From: the human T2T-CHM13v2.0 reference genome, Homo sapiens
Length of the DNA: 64,000 bases
NCBI RefSeq assembly: GCF_009914755.1
Contig: NC_060933.1
Reading direction: 5' to 3' (one strand)
In this document: positions 26,561-41,923 of the stretch, piece after piece
How the letters are laid out: each line of letters opens with the position of its first letter
Numbering within the stretch: the stretch's first letter is position 1
Position numbers and translations under genes: made by a program
Notes under the pieces: generated by a model
Seen by the model: the letters and a program-made list of their open reading frames with translations, nothing else
Told to the model about the DNA's origin: nothing
Databases searched by the model: none

Positions 26561-29500
26561 GCATTTAGCCCATTTACATTCAAGGTTAGTATTTATATGT
26601 GTGGGTTTGATCCTGTCATTATGATGTTAGCTGGTTATCATGCAGACTTGTTTGTGTGGTTGCTTTATAGCGTCACTGGTCTGTGTACTTCCGTGTGTTT
26701 TTTAGTGGCTGATAACTCTTTTTCCATATTTAGAGCTTCCTTGAGAAGCTCTTGTAAGGCAGGTTGGGAGGTAATGAATTCCATCAGCATTTGCTTGATT
26801 GGAAAGGATCTTATTTCTCCTTTGCTTATGAAGACTCGTTTGACAAGATATGAAATTCTGGGTTAGAATTTTTTTAGGAATGTTGAATATTGGTCCCCAA
26901 TCTCTTTTGGTTTGTAGGGTTTCTGCTGAGAGATCTGCTCTTAGTGTGATAGGCTTCCCTATGTAGGTGACCTGACCTTTCTTTCTAGCTGCCTTTAACA
27001 TTTGCTCTTTCATTTTGACCTTGGAGAATCTGATAATTATGTGTCTTGGGGATGATCTTCTTGTGAAGTACCTTACTAGGGTTCTCTGCACTTCCTGAAT
27101 TTGAATGTTGGCTTCCCTACCTAGGTTGGAAGTGTTTCCATGGATGATATCCTGAAATACATTTTACAAGTTGCTCATACTCTCCTCATCTCTTTCCAAT
27201 CAGGGACATCAATGGGTCACAGATTTGGTCTCTTTACAGAACTCCATATTTTTCAGAGGTTTTGTTCATTCATTTCCATTCTTTATTCTCTATTCTTGTC
27301 TGACTGTCTTATTTCAGAAAGCCAGTCTTCAAGCTCTGATTCTTTCCTCCTCTTGTTCTGCTCTGCTATTAATAATTGTGACTGCACCATGAAATTCTTG
27401 TAGTGTGTTTTTCAGCTCTATTAGGGTGGTTATGTTCTTTTCTACACTGGCCATTGTGTCTGTCAGCTCCTGCACTGTTTTACTGTGATTCTTAGCTTCC
27501 TTGGATTGGGTTTCAATGTGCCCTGAAGCCCAGTGATCTTTGTTCCTATCCATATTTTGAATTTTATTTCTGTCATTTCAGCTATCTCAGCCCAGTTCAG
27601 AACACTTGCAGTTGTTTATAGGAAAGAAGGTACTCTGGCTTTTGAGTTGTCAGTGCTCTTCTGCTGGTTCTTTCTCATTTTTATGAGCTGGTGCTTCTTC
27701 AATCTTTGAAGTTGCTGACTGTTGGATGTTTTTATTTTCCTTTTATCTTACTTGATGACCTTGAGAGTTTGTGGTATAAGGTGGATTTAGTCTACTGGTT
27801 TGTTTCTGGAAGGTTTTAGGGGGCCAACACTCAGCTCCCAACCTCAGGACTGTGTGCTCATAGTGCAGTGGCAGCAGCATTCTTCCTCATTTGCATATGC
27901 CAGCAGCAGTGACAGCGCAGCAGGGTACATGCTCATCAGCTGTGACAGGGTACCAGTGGGTTACTGGGTGCCTGCCTCCGTGCAGGTGTTCACCACAGTG
28001 GTGGAGACAGCAGGGTTCCAGAGGTTGGGGACCCCTGCTGGTGATTATTACACATGATTGTGCTGTCTTGGGGATGCATAGGGGCAGGGTGCTGGTGGGT
28101 ACAGGTCTGTATGCATTCTCTGTGAACTGCATGAAGGGGTGGTTTCTCAGGGTAGGGGAGGGTCTGCTGTTCTCTGTGCCTAGTTTCACTTCTGTGTCAG
28201 TGTTGGTGCAAGGATGTGGTGCTAGTGGGAGTGGGGCTGATTTTCCATGGGTCCACCAACACTCTGACTGCAATGGTGGTCTGGCAGGGGAAGAAAGAGC
28301 AGAGTGCAACCCCACTGCGGCAGTGGCAGAGGAGGGTGCACGCACACAGGCACACTGACAGAACAAAGGTGGCAAAACCTGCTCCCATACACACGTGCTG
28401 GCAAAGCAATGTGGGAGGTTGCTTTGGGCCCTGGGGAAGTGGCTGTGCGGGGAGGGTGTGGGTGGGCTGGTGTGTGGCTGTGGGGGTTGCTCTGCTGGAG
28501 CTCTCCACTAGTCAGGCAGGGTCCACCAGTGCAGAAGCTATGATGTGGGCCCCCAGGGTACCCGAGGCTGCCCTGCAAGTAGGTGTGGCCAGGCTGGGAC
28601 CTAGGAGAGGCCAGCACACCAAGTGGTGCTCAGATCAGACTGGCGCCATATGGTGGGTAAGACCACCCTGCAGAGTTCAGGTCCAACAGTTCCCCTAGGG
28701 CTAAGGTCTCCTATGGGAGCAAGTCGAGCCTAGGGAGATGGGCTTCCCTGGCAGTGCTCTACTACAGACACTCCCACACCAAGAGCTCTGGGCTCCACTT
28801 CAGCTGGCATGAGGCTCCTACCACTTCTCTAAGCAGCCAGAGGCCCGTGGTGAAAGTGGCTTGCTCCTTGCCAGTTCAACTCACCAGTTCCCCTGGAGTC
28901 TTTAAGGGCCAGGAATGAGTCCCGGTGCATGGTAATCCTGTGCAGAATTCCAAGCTTCCTCCCACTTCAGCCCAGCTTCTGTGTCTTCCTTCCATCTACT
29001 CTCGGTGCCTTCCCTCTGAATATCTGTTAGGAGTGTGCGCCAGTGTCTTGGTCCATCAGTGGTAGCTGTTCTTCCTGGGTCCATCTGGTTGGCCATCTTG
29101 CTCTCTCCCTGCAATTTCTTAACTAAAACAGCATTAATCAACTCTCCTTTAAAGAAATAGCATGGGATGCCATTTAGCATTTTGCCCATAGTAAGATTTC
29201 CTTCAAAACTGGAGTCAATCTTCTCAAACACTGCAACTGCTTTATCAACTAAGTTTATGGAATATTCTAAATCCTTTATTGTCATTCCAACAATATTCAC
29301 GGCATCTTCACAAGGAGTTGTTCCACCTCAAGAAACCACTTTCTTGATCACCTATAAGAATCAACTCCTTATCTATTAAAGTTTTATTATACGACTGCAG
29401 CAATTCAGTCACATCTTCAGGCTCCACTTCTAATTCAAATTTTGCTGTTCACACCACATCTGCAGTTACTTATTCCACTGAAGTCTTGAACGACTCAAAG

Positions 29501-30476
29501 TCATCCATAAGGGCTGGAATAAACTTTTTCCAAACTCCTGTTAATGTTGATATTTTGACCCTCCCCCATGAATCATAAATGTTCTTAATGACATCTAGAA
29601 TGATAAGTCATTTCCAGACGACTTTCTATTTATGCAACCCAGATCCACCAGAGAAGTCACTATCTATGGCATCTATAGCCTTATAAAATGTAGTTCTTAA
29701 ATAGCAACACTTGAAAGTCAAAATTAAACATTGATCCATGGGCTACAGCAACGGTGTTGTGTTGGCAGCCAGGAAAACAACATTCATCTCCTAGTACATC
29801 TCCATCGGAGCTCTTGGGTGATCAGGTACATTATCAATGAGCAGTAGTATTTTAAAAGAAATCTTTTTTTCTGAGCAGCTCTCAACAGTGGGCTTAAAAT
29901 ACTCAGTAAATGATGCTGTAAACAGATGTGCTGTCATCCAGACACATTGTTGTTCCATTGATAGAGCACAGGCAGAGTCAACTTAGCATAATATTTAAGG
30001 GCCCTAGGATTTCTAGAATGGTAAATGAGCACTGGCTTCAACTTAAAGTTACTGGCTGTATTAGCCCCTAACAAAAGAATCACCTTGTCCTTTGAAACTT
30101 TGAAACCACGTATTGACTTCTCCTCTCTAGCTATGAAATTCCTAGATGGCATCCTCTTCCAATAGAAGGCTGTTTTGTCTACACTGAAAATCTGCTGTTT
30201 AGTGCAGCCACCTTCATAAATTATCTTAGCTATATCTTCTAGATAACTTATTGCAGCTTCTACACAAGCACCTGCTGCTTCACCATGCACTTTTACATTA
30301 GGCTCCTTCTCATGAAGCAACCTCTGCTAGCTTCAAACTTTTCTCCTGCAGCTTCCTTACCTCTAAGACTTGACAGAATTGAAGAGAGTTAGGGCCTTGT
30401 TCTGGATTAGGCTTTGGCGTAAGGGAAAGTTATGGCTGGTTGGTCTGATCTTCCATCCAGACCCCTAAAACTTTCT

Positions 30477-30535
30477 CTTTTTTTTGTCAAATAAATATAA
30501 TCCTTTATTAAATGAAATTTTACAAGAACAGTTTA
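30477..30535 (-). pseudogene. Tiny polyadenylated retro-insert of unknown source
   Basis: Perfect 16-bp TSD ACCCCTAAAACTTTCT at 30461-30476 and 30536-30551. The minus-strand insert has AATAAA (30504-30509) 18 nt before an A8 tract. Confidence 0.8.
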
Positions 30536-32204
30536 ACCCCTAAAACTTTCTACATATCACAATAAAGCTGTTTTGCTTTCTTATCATTTGTGTGTTCACC
30601 GGAGTAGCAATTTTAATTTACTTCAAGAACTTTTTCTTTATACTAAAAGCTTGATTATTTGGTACAAGAGGCCCAGCTTTCAGCCCATCTTAGTGTTAGA
30701 GATGCCTTCCTCATTAAGCTTAATCATTTCTACCTTTTGAGTTAAAGTGACAGATGTGTGACTTTTTCTTCTACTTGAACACTTAAGAGGCCACTGTTGG
30801 GTTAGTAACTGGCCCAATTTCAATATCCTTGTGTGTCAAAGAATAGGGAGGCCCAAGGAGAGGAAGAAGACAGGGAAACAGGTGGTCAGTGGCGTAGTGA
30901 GAACACACACATTTGTCAATTAAGTCCCCTGTCTTATATGGGTATGGTTCATGGCACCCAAAACAACTGCAATAGTAACATCAAAGATTACAGATCACCA
31001 TAGCAGATATAATAATAATAAAAATAAAGTATGAAATACTGTGAGAATTAACAAAATGCGATAGAGATACCCAGTGAGCACATGCTGTTGGGAAAATGGT
31101 TCTGATAAATTTACTGGATGCAAGGTTGCCACAAACTTGCAATTTGTAAAAAGCACAATATCTGTGAAGTGCAATAAAGTGAAGCACAATAAAACAAAGT
31201 GTGCCTGTTATGTTTATTCACAGCTAAGCCTATTTTCAAGGAAGATGATGGTCAGCACTCACCAGAAAGGCTGTGCTAATATAGCTCTCTTGCTATGCAA
31301 ACCATTGTGGCAGGGTATGCTAAATTCTACACAGGCAGCAGAACCTTCTGTAGAAACTATGGGAGGATGTGAAACAGAAAAGAAAGCAAAAAATCTCAAG
31401 TGGTGAATCCACAAAAAAAATTAAGGTAGCACAAATCAAAAATGAGAAACCAAGTGGAGACTAGGGGCCCTGTGGAAATAACATTATGATGACAAATTCT
31501 TCTGTGTCTAAACCTTTGTGGATTTCTGGCTAGGATTATTTCTAATAGCAATACTTTGTGTTCTCATTCCTTTCTCCTTTTCATCTACTCAAAAATAGTA
31601 CATCAAATTATTAAGCAAAGAATAAAGTTAAAAATATGTTGTTTTTTAAATCTAATAAACAAGCTATTTGACAATTCAGGAACATGAAGTTGACCATTAT
31701 CAATGTAATTACATTAACCTTGTGCCAACTGAGTCTCCTCCTCCTTCCCTAATTTCTCTCTTCATAGCAATCAGAGCTTTCCCTAGTATTTTTTTAGTGT
31801 GTGACCTACATCTGAGTTTCCCAATTTGCTTTGGTGGAGGGAATCAAAAAGTCAGTTTCTACATCCAATAAAATCTACCGCTGAGATTTTGGATTGATAT
31901 AAAACTGAGAGGAAGAAAAAAGTGGAGGTGGTTTTGTGGCTGCCTTGGAGAGGTTCAATTAATATCTTGGCAGAGATTCCCAGCTATCCTGGAAGTTTTC
32001 CCTACCTTGGGAGTCTTGGTAAAATGCTATACAGGTAATTCCCCTCAGAGGCTGGACTGGAGAGGTGATTTAAGCCAACTGGGAGTCAACTACGAACCTT
32101 ACATTGGAGAATAAAGTCAAACAGCTATAAATATATAAGGTCTCCACCCCAGATGAATCAAAGTCATCCCACCCCTCTTAAGTGTCTTCATAATAATTCT
32201 GTGA

Positions 32205-32450
32205 TGTGGTGGTTTAGAGTACAGGCTGAATGACAGAAGATATATTCTCATCTCAGCCCTTATACATACTTGCACAATGTATAATAACCAAATTACTTAA
32301 TTTACCTGAGTCTTGCTTTTCTATCTACCAAATCGGGAAAATAATACCTACTTCATAGGGTTGTGAGAATAAAATGATGTAAGAATTAAACAAAATAATG
32401 TACGTACGAGTTTGCCACAGCAGTTAGCATCTAGCAGATCTTCAATACAA
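32205..32450. mobile_element. MIR SINE
   Basis: MIR core ataatacctacttcatagggttgtgagaataaaatga. Similar MIR remnants at ~8975-9110, 11470-11590, 16720-16850, 19590-19720, 50200-50340 and 53730-53930. Confidence 0.7.
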
Positions 32451-32537
32451 CCTAAAATGCAATCTATTTTATCCTTTTCCATTCTTCTGAATGATAAAAG
32501 TCATCAAATAAATGATAATGATGATAAATATGATCAT

Positions 32538-32950
32538 TTTGGACTGGATGTGTATGTCTCCCCAAAATCAACATTTTGAAGCCCTAACCCCAAGTATAAC
32601 TGTATTTACAGATGGGGCCTCTAAGGAAGTGATTAGGGTTAAATAAGCTCATAAGGGTGGGACCCTGGCTCTAATAAGATTGGTGGCCTTATAAGAAGAG
32701 ACACCAGAGAGCTTCTGCTCTCTCTCCTTCCACATGCACACACTGAGGATAGGCAACGTGAGGACATAGTAAGAAAGTGGTCATCTGCAAGCCAGGACAG
32801 GAGAAACCAAATCAGCTGGCACCTTGCTTTAGGTGCCATGAGGAAATAAATTAATGTTGCTTAAGCCACTTTGGAACCATGAGAAAATAAATTAATGTTG
32901 CTTAAGCCACCCAGTTTATACTATTTTGTGACAGCATTCCAAACATACAA
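32538..32950 (+). mobile_element. MLT1A/B (MaLR) solo LTR with an internal ~40-bp tandem duplication
   Basis: MLT1 hallmark motifs; catgag(g/a)aaataaattaatgttgcttaagccac occurs twice (32837-32910). Confidence 0.82.
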
Positions 32951-35355
32951 ATATAATGATGATGATGACAAACGCCTTATTCCAACAAAGGAATAGACTA
33001 GATAAGGAATGATAAATTATATTTACTAGATGTTTGTTTTTTGTTTCAACTTTCCCTTGCAGGTCACTTTGGTGTTGCTGATGAAGGCACATTAGCAAAC
33101 TGGGCCCAATCACTGTACATTTTTGCAGAGGCTATTGTTCTAATTAAAATCTAATGCCCTGAGCCACTAATGATGACAGGACAGTTTTCAGATCCAAGAC
33201 CACTAAGGCTCCAAGAAGAGCTAGATATTAGAGGAAGTTTCAGGAAGAAATATGGTCTGACTACATTAAGGAGCCGAGTCAAAGTCAGAGTGCACAGGTT
33301 ACAAGTAATCTAGGGTTGGGAGTGGAGGGATGGACAGTCTGGAGGAGAAAACAAAAGTTGTAACAACAACAACAACAGTGACAGCTGTCAGTGTTTCTGC
33401 TCTATGCAGGCATTACTGAATTATTTCCAATCCTCCCTGAAGCACTGCAAGGTAAGCATCTTCATTCTCATTTTATTCTCTTTATATAGAATGTACAGAA
33501 ATGATACTTTGTAACCCAAATCTGATACAGATTTTGATTCATAACCCAAATCTGATTCATGAAAGGGAATTCTCTGTTGTTCAAAAACAAAATAATACCA
33601 AGTTTTTTCATTTGTACCTGCTCCAGTTGTGCTCCCCTTTCAGTAAATGTATCTCCAAAGTCCCACCTAGAGATAAAATATCAATACATGTTAAACAAGA
33701 ATTAAAGTAAAAGTGTGCATTTTTAGATAGTTCCTCTAAACAGCTAAGCTGCTCTGGAAATACCTCTTAAAGTTTATAAATCATTTCCCTAAAAACACCC
33801 ACGAGCAGCTCAAATAACTCAAGAAACAGGAGAGAGGAAACAAGAAGACTGAAAGAAGACTTGAAAACCTAAAAGCCCCAAGTCCAACTTCAGCGAAGAG
33901 AAGTAAAGTCCAAACAACAATGTGAATTGGCAGGGTGTTGACGGGGCTGCCCTCTGGGCCACAGTAGCAATCTCATACTCAAATTGTCATCACTAGCCTT
34001 TTATGTTAATCTTTCTACCAGCATTTGGTAATCTGATATAATCACAAGGAAAAAGTGCTTATTCCCCCATACGGTGAGGAAGTCCCTGCCCTTTGGAATT
34101 TTGTCTGCCATAGAACTGAACATATTATCACAAATCTGTTTTTCTTACAGTGAAGAGCCATTTATATATTCTTAATTAGTTTGTTTCTGCCTGTATTGAG
34201 AGGAATTATCTTTTACCAAGAAGCCCAAAAGAAAAACTATTTCATTTCCTCATGACAGACATTAACACATGGCATTCTAAGACAAATAAACATGTTACAC
34301 TTTTACAACAGAAATAGAGAAAAAATCCTTTCCTAATTAATTTATAATTAGTTTTCTCTTCTGGAGCTCTAACTTGTATTGGACTTTGAGTAAGAAAAAA
34401 AAAATCCTTAAAAAGTAAAAGTTCAACTTTGGTTCTATCAGGTTTGATATCCAGAAGAAAATGCAAACTTCCATTGATTACACTGCAAAACATCTACTAC
34501 TCTAAGGACAATGGCTGTTTAAACGCCTGAAATAAAGAATCAAGAGTGGACCACACTTGAAGAAGCTAACAGGTAGTAAGGCACTTTTCAAACACAATGG
34601 GATGGTTAACATAAAATTAAGAATGCATAGATTTCATAACTATTGCTGGTAAAAAGAAAATGTAAACAAAAAAATAGAACTTACTGCTCATTTATTTAAA
34701 ACATTAAGTAACAAATTATAGAAATGTCATGTAATAGTTTCATATTTAAACCTTCACAATATTTATTTATAAGGGGAAAATTTATATTTTTAGAAATACT
34801 ACTCTCTTTAAATGATGCCCAGAAATCCTACTAAAAATCTACTCTGTAACTTAATTCTACGGAGCCATTTTAGAAATATTAAAAATATGACCACCCCTAG
34901 TTAAAATGTATACTTTCCCCCAAAAAACTTCAATTTTAAGAACTACATTTATTTTTGTACAAGCAATATACACACACACAGTAATCACTTAAAGTGTATG
35001 ACGGGATATCAATGGATGAATCTGGAGAAATAGGACTCTTTATCTCCAATCACACATTGTAAGCATGGATATTGGCCTCTCACTAGAGTTTTATTACTCA
35101 GATTATTTCCAATAAATAAAATGTCTTAAAAACAACATAATTGGGATCAATTTAGTCCCAATTTCCATGTCATAAAATCAGACTCCAATCCTTCTTCAAT
35201 ACAAGAAGCTTACTTTTCATTTACCTCTAAATTCACGATCAGTGACCACAGGGTTGAGATGGAATTGCTGAGAGTATAAGCTGCTGCCTGGGGTTGGAAG
35301 TAAGCAATCTTTTCTTCTTTCTGGGAATACTAATGCTTGCTAGAACTCTGCCAAA

Positions 35356-35535
35356 ACAGGGGTTCTCAGCCCTTGCTGCTTCCTAGAACCCTTTCGGCTT
35401 TTAAAACCTACTGATGCTTGGACCCTGACACCACAGCTTAACAAATCAGAATCTCTAGAAATAGGGCCTGAGCATTGTTATGTTTATAAAAGCTTCCCAC
35501 AGAATTCTAATGTGCTGCTGGGGAAGAGACCACAC
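35356..35535. mobile_element. MER5A-like DNA transposon
   Basis: caggggttctcagccc...aatcagaatctctag...gattctaatgtgc-like motifs. Confidence 0.7.
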
Positions 35536-37019
35536 ATATATAAGGCTTTGAGATGGATGGATGTTACATATAGTCAGCTTATTATTGTTGACATGGTGGT
35601 GAACCAACAGGGTTGAGTGGAAGAAAAATGAGGGTAAGTTTCCATGATGAAGTGATAACTACTGGAGAAGGCTCTATCTATAGATATAAGAAGATGGAGT
35701 CAATAGTCAGGAGACTGTAAGTCCTGGGGATGACTTCATAACCAGCAAGCTGTATGAGTTCAGGCAAGTCATCTAAGTCCCCGGGGTACAGAACTGAGGG
35801 AGAAAGGAGGGTGGAGGGCCCACCACTCCCAACCAAGGCAGCCATACCTGTATTTGTTTTATATGTTAGGCTTCTGTGTGAAACTTCACTTCATGAAAGA
35901 GTTCTGTGGCCAAAACCAGTTTGAATACAGCCGATCTAGATGTTCTTTAAGGTCTCTTCTGAGATAATTTTGCAACATCCCATAAATATCTGGAACTGGC
36001 CCACCAGGCCTACATAGAAAAGAACTTAAGACAATCACAATGATGCTTGCTCTCCGCAGTTACTCTTCCCACTGGTTTATTTTGTGGGCAGAAGGCTTTT
36101 ATCCAAGGTCCACCTACAAACACAGTGGCTCTTCCCTCTCCTTTTATCTGTCAGGTACTCAATAACTGCTGTGATTTTTCCCTCTTAACACTGCACCTGA
36201 CTACACCCCCTTACAGGTCAATTCTGATTACCTGTAAAGTAAATGTCAACTCACATTGAGATTACAGAGTACATTTGAGGCTCTAAAACATTTTTCTGGA
36301 GACAAATTTTCACTATGGAATAAAGAGGATAAATGTGTGCCAGCTCTCTGTTGAGTTTACTCATCCAAATGAACCTTCCACCATAGGAGGCTGACTTGCA
36401 GGGGATGACAGAAGCAGATTCCCCAGTCCTCTGACTTCCCGTCAGGGCCAGCAAGGAGGAGCCCTGACAGGAAACCAGAGGATAGGAAAGGAGGGAAGCT
36501 GGTATACCCATTTTCTGGGCTTACTCCTGGTGGGGCTGCCACAGATTGACTGTGACCTTCAACTGGAATTCTCCATTCTTCTCAAAGTGGCTGTCTCCTT
36601 GCAGGTTGCAGTAATTACTCCCCCCATCACATTTATGCCAACTGGTGAAAACCATCTTGGCTTTTATCAGGGTTGCTCACACTCTACTCTTTGCTTTTAA
36701 ATAGTTCCTTTATTGAACCTTCCATGAATTATCCTAATTTTAATGAGCCATTTTCTGATAGACTCCTGATACCTGACACATATTTGTTAATCAAGGATTT
36801 CTACGGAGGAGCCAAGATGGCCGAATAGGAACAGCTCCGGTCTACAGCTCCCAGCGTGAGCGACGCAGAAGACAGGTGATTTCTGCATTTCCATCTGAGA
36901 CCTACAGCTGAGGGTCCTGTCTGTTAGAAGGAAAACTAACAAACAGAAAGGACATCCACACCAAAAACCCATCTGTACATCACCATCATCAAAGACCAAA
37001 AGTACATAAAACCACAAAG

Positions 37020-38036
37020 ATGGGGAAAAAACAGAATCGAAAAACTGGAAACTCTAAAACGCAGAGCGCCTCTCCTCCTCCAAAGGAACACAGTTCCTCA
37101 CCAAAAACAGAACAAAGCTGGATGGAGAATGACTTTGACGAGCTGAGAGAAGAAGGCTTCAGACGATCAAATTACTCTGAGCTATGGGAGGACATTCAAA
37201 CCAAAGGCAAAGAAGTTAAAAACTTTTAAAAAAATTTAGAAGAATGTATAACTAGAATAACCAATACAGAGAAGTGCTTAAAGGAGCTGATGGAGCTGAA
37301 AACCAACGCTCGAGAACTACGTGAAGAATGCAGAAGCCTCAGGAGCCGATGCCATCAACTGGAAGAAAGGGTATCAGCAATGGAAGATGAAATGAATGAA
37401 ATGAAGCGAGAAGGGAAGTTTAGAGAAAAAAGAATAAAAAGAAATGAGCAAAGCCTCCAAGAAATATGGGACTATGTGAAAAGACCAAATCTACGTCTCA
37501 TTGGTGTACCTGAAAGTGATGGGGAGAATGGAACCAAGTTGGAAAACACTCTGCAGGATATTATCCAGGAGAACTTCCCCAATCTAGCAAGGCAGGCCAA
37601 TGTTCAGATTCAGGAAATACAGAGAACACCACAAAGATACTCCTCGAGAAGAGCAACTCCAAGACACATAATTGTCAGATTCACCAAAGTTGAAATGAAG
37701 GAAAAAATGTTAAGGGCAGCCAGAGAGAAAGGTCGGGTTACCCTCAAAGGGAAGCCCATCAGACTAACAGCGGATCTCTCGGCAGAAACCCTACAAGCCA
37801 GAAGAGAGTGGGGGCCAATATTCAACATTCTTAAAGAAAAGAATTTTCAACCCAGAATTTCATATCCAGCCAAACTAAGCTTCATAAGTGAAGGAGAAAT
37901 AAAATACTTTACAGACAAGCAAATGCTGAGAGATTTTGTCACCACCAGGCCTGCCCTAAAAGAGCTCCTGAAGGAAGCACTAAACATGGAAAGGAACAAC
38001 CGGTACCAGCCGCTGCAAAATCATGCCAAAATGTAA
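37020..38036 (+). pseudogene. L1 ORF1p, interrupted by a nonsense codon (GAA>TAA at 37227-37229)
   Basis: ORF track MGKKQNRKTGNSK... (69 aa) and in-frame MELKTNARE...QNHAKM (248 aa) match human L1 ORF1p. Confidence 0.95.
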
Positions 38037-38099
38037 AGACCATCGAGACTAGGAAGAAACTGCATCAACTAACGAGCAAAATCACCAGCTAACATCATA

Positions 38100-41923
<3,824 letters not shown>

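Larger units (their letters stand above)
20941..29110 (-). mobile_element. Full-length older primate L1 (approx. L1PA11-13) inserted in Tigger1, itself interrupted three times
   Basis: Poly-T tail at ~20935-20960, decayed ORF2 and ORF1 fragments in the ORF track (22463-27553), GC-richer 5'UTR at 27600-29110 starting AGGGAGAGAGCAAGATGGCC (YY1 site). TSD GCAATTT(T/C)TT at 20931-20940 and 29111-29120. Confidence 0.9.
20616..31207 (-). mobile_element. Tigger1 DNA transposon, near full length, split into 20616-20940 and 29121-31207 by an L1 insertion
   Basis: TA followed by CAGGCATATCTTGGAGATATTG at the left end and ...AAAACAAAGTGTGCCTG at the right end (TIRs). Pogo/Tigger transposase remnant [19 protein letters not shown] at 29934-30320 (minus). 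The pieces sum to about 2.3-2.4 kb. Confidence 0.93.

Noticed and set aside
27800-28698. Cluster of 80-162 aa ORFs
   Set aside because: GC-richer 5'UTR of the old L1; ORFs on both strands without homology.
29934-30320. Transposase ORF as a domesticated TIGD-like gene
   Set aside because: Short fragment of a frameshifted Tigger1 with a degenerate motif (VDKT instead of VDET), and the element is interrupted by an L1.
30486-30535. RPL12 mRNA as parent of the mini insert
   Set aside because: Only a loose recalled similarity (AATAAAGGAT...ATTTGAC); the upstream sequence does not fit and I cannot verify it without a search.
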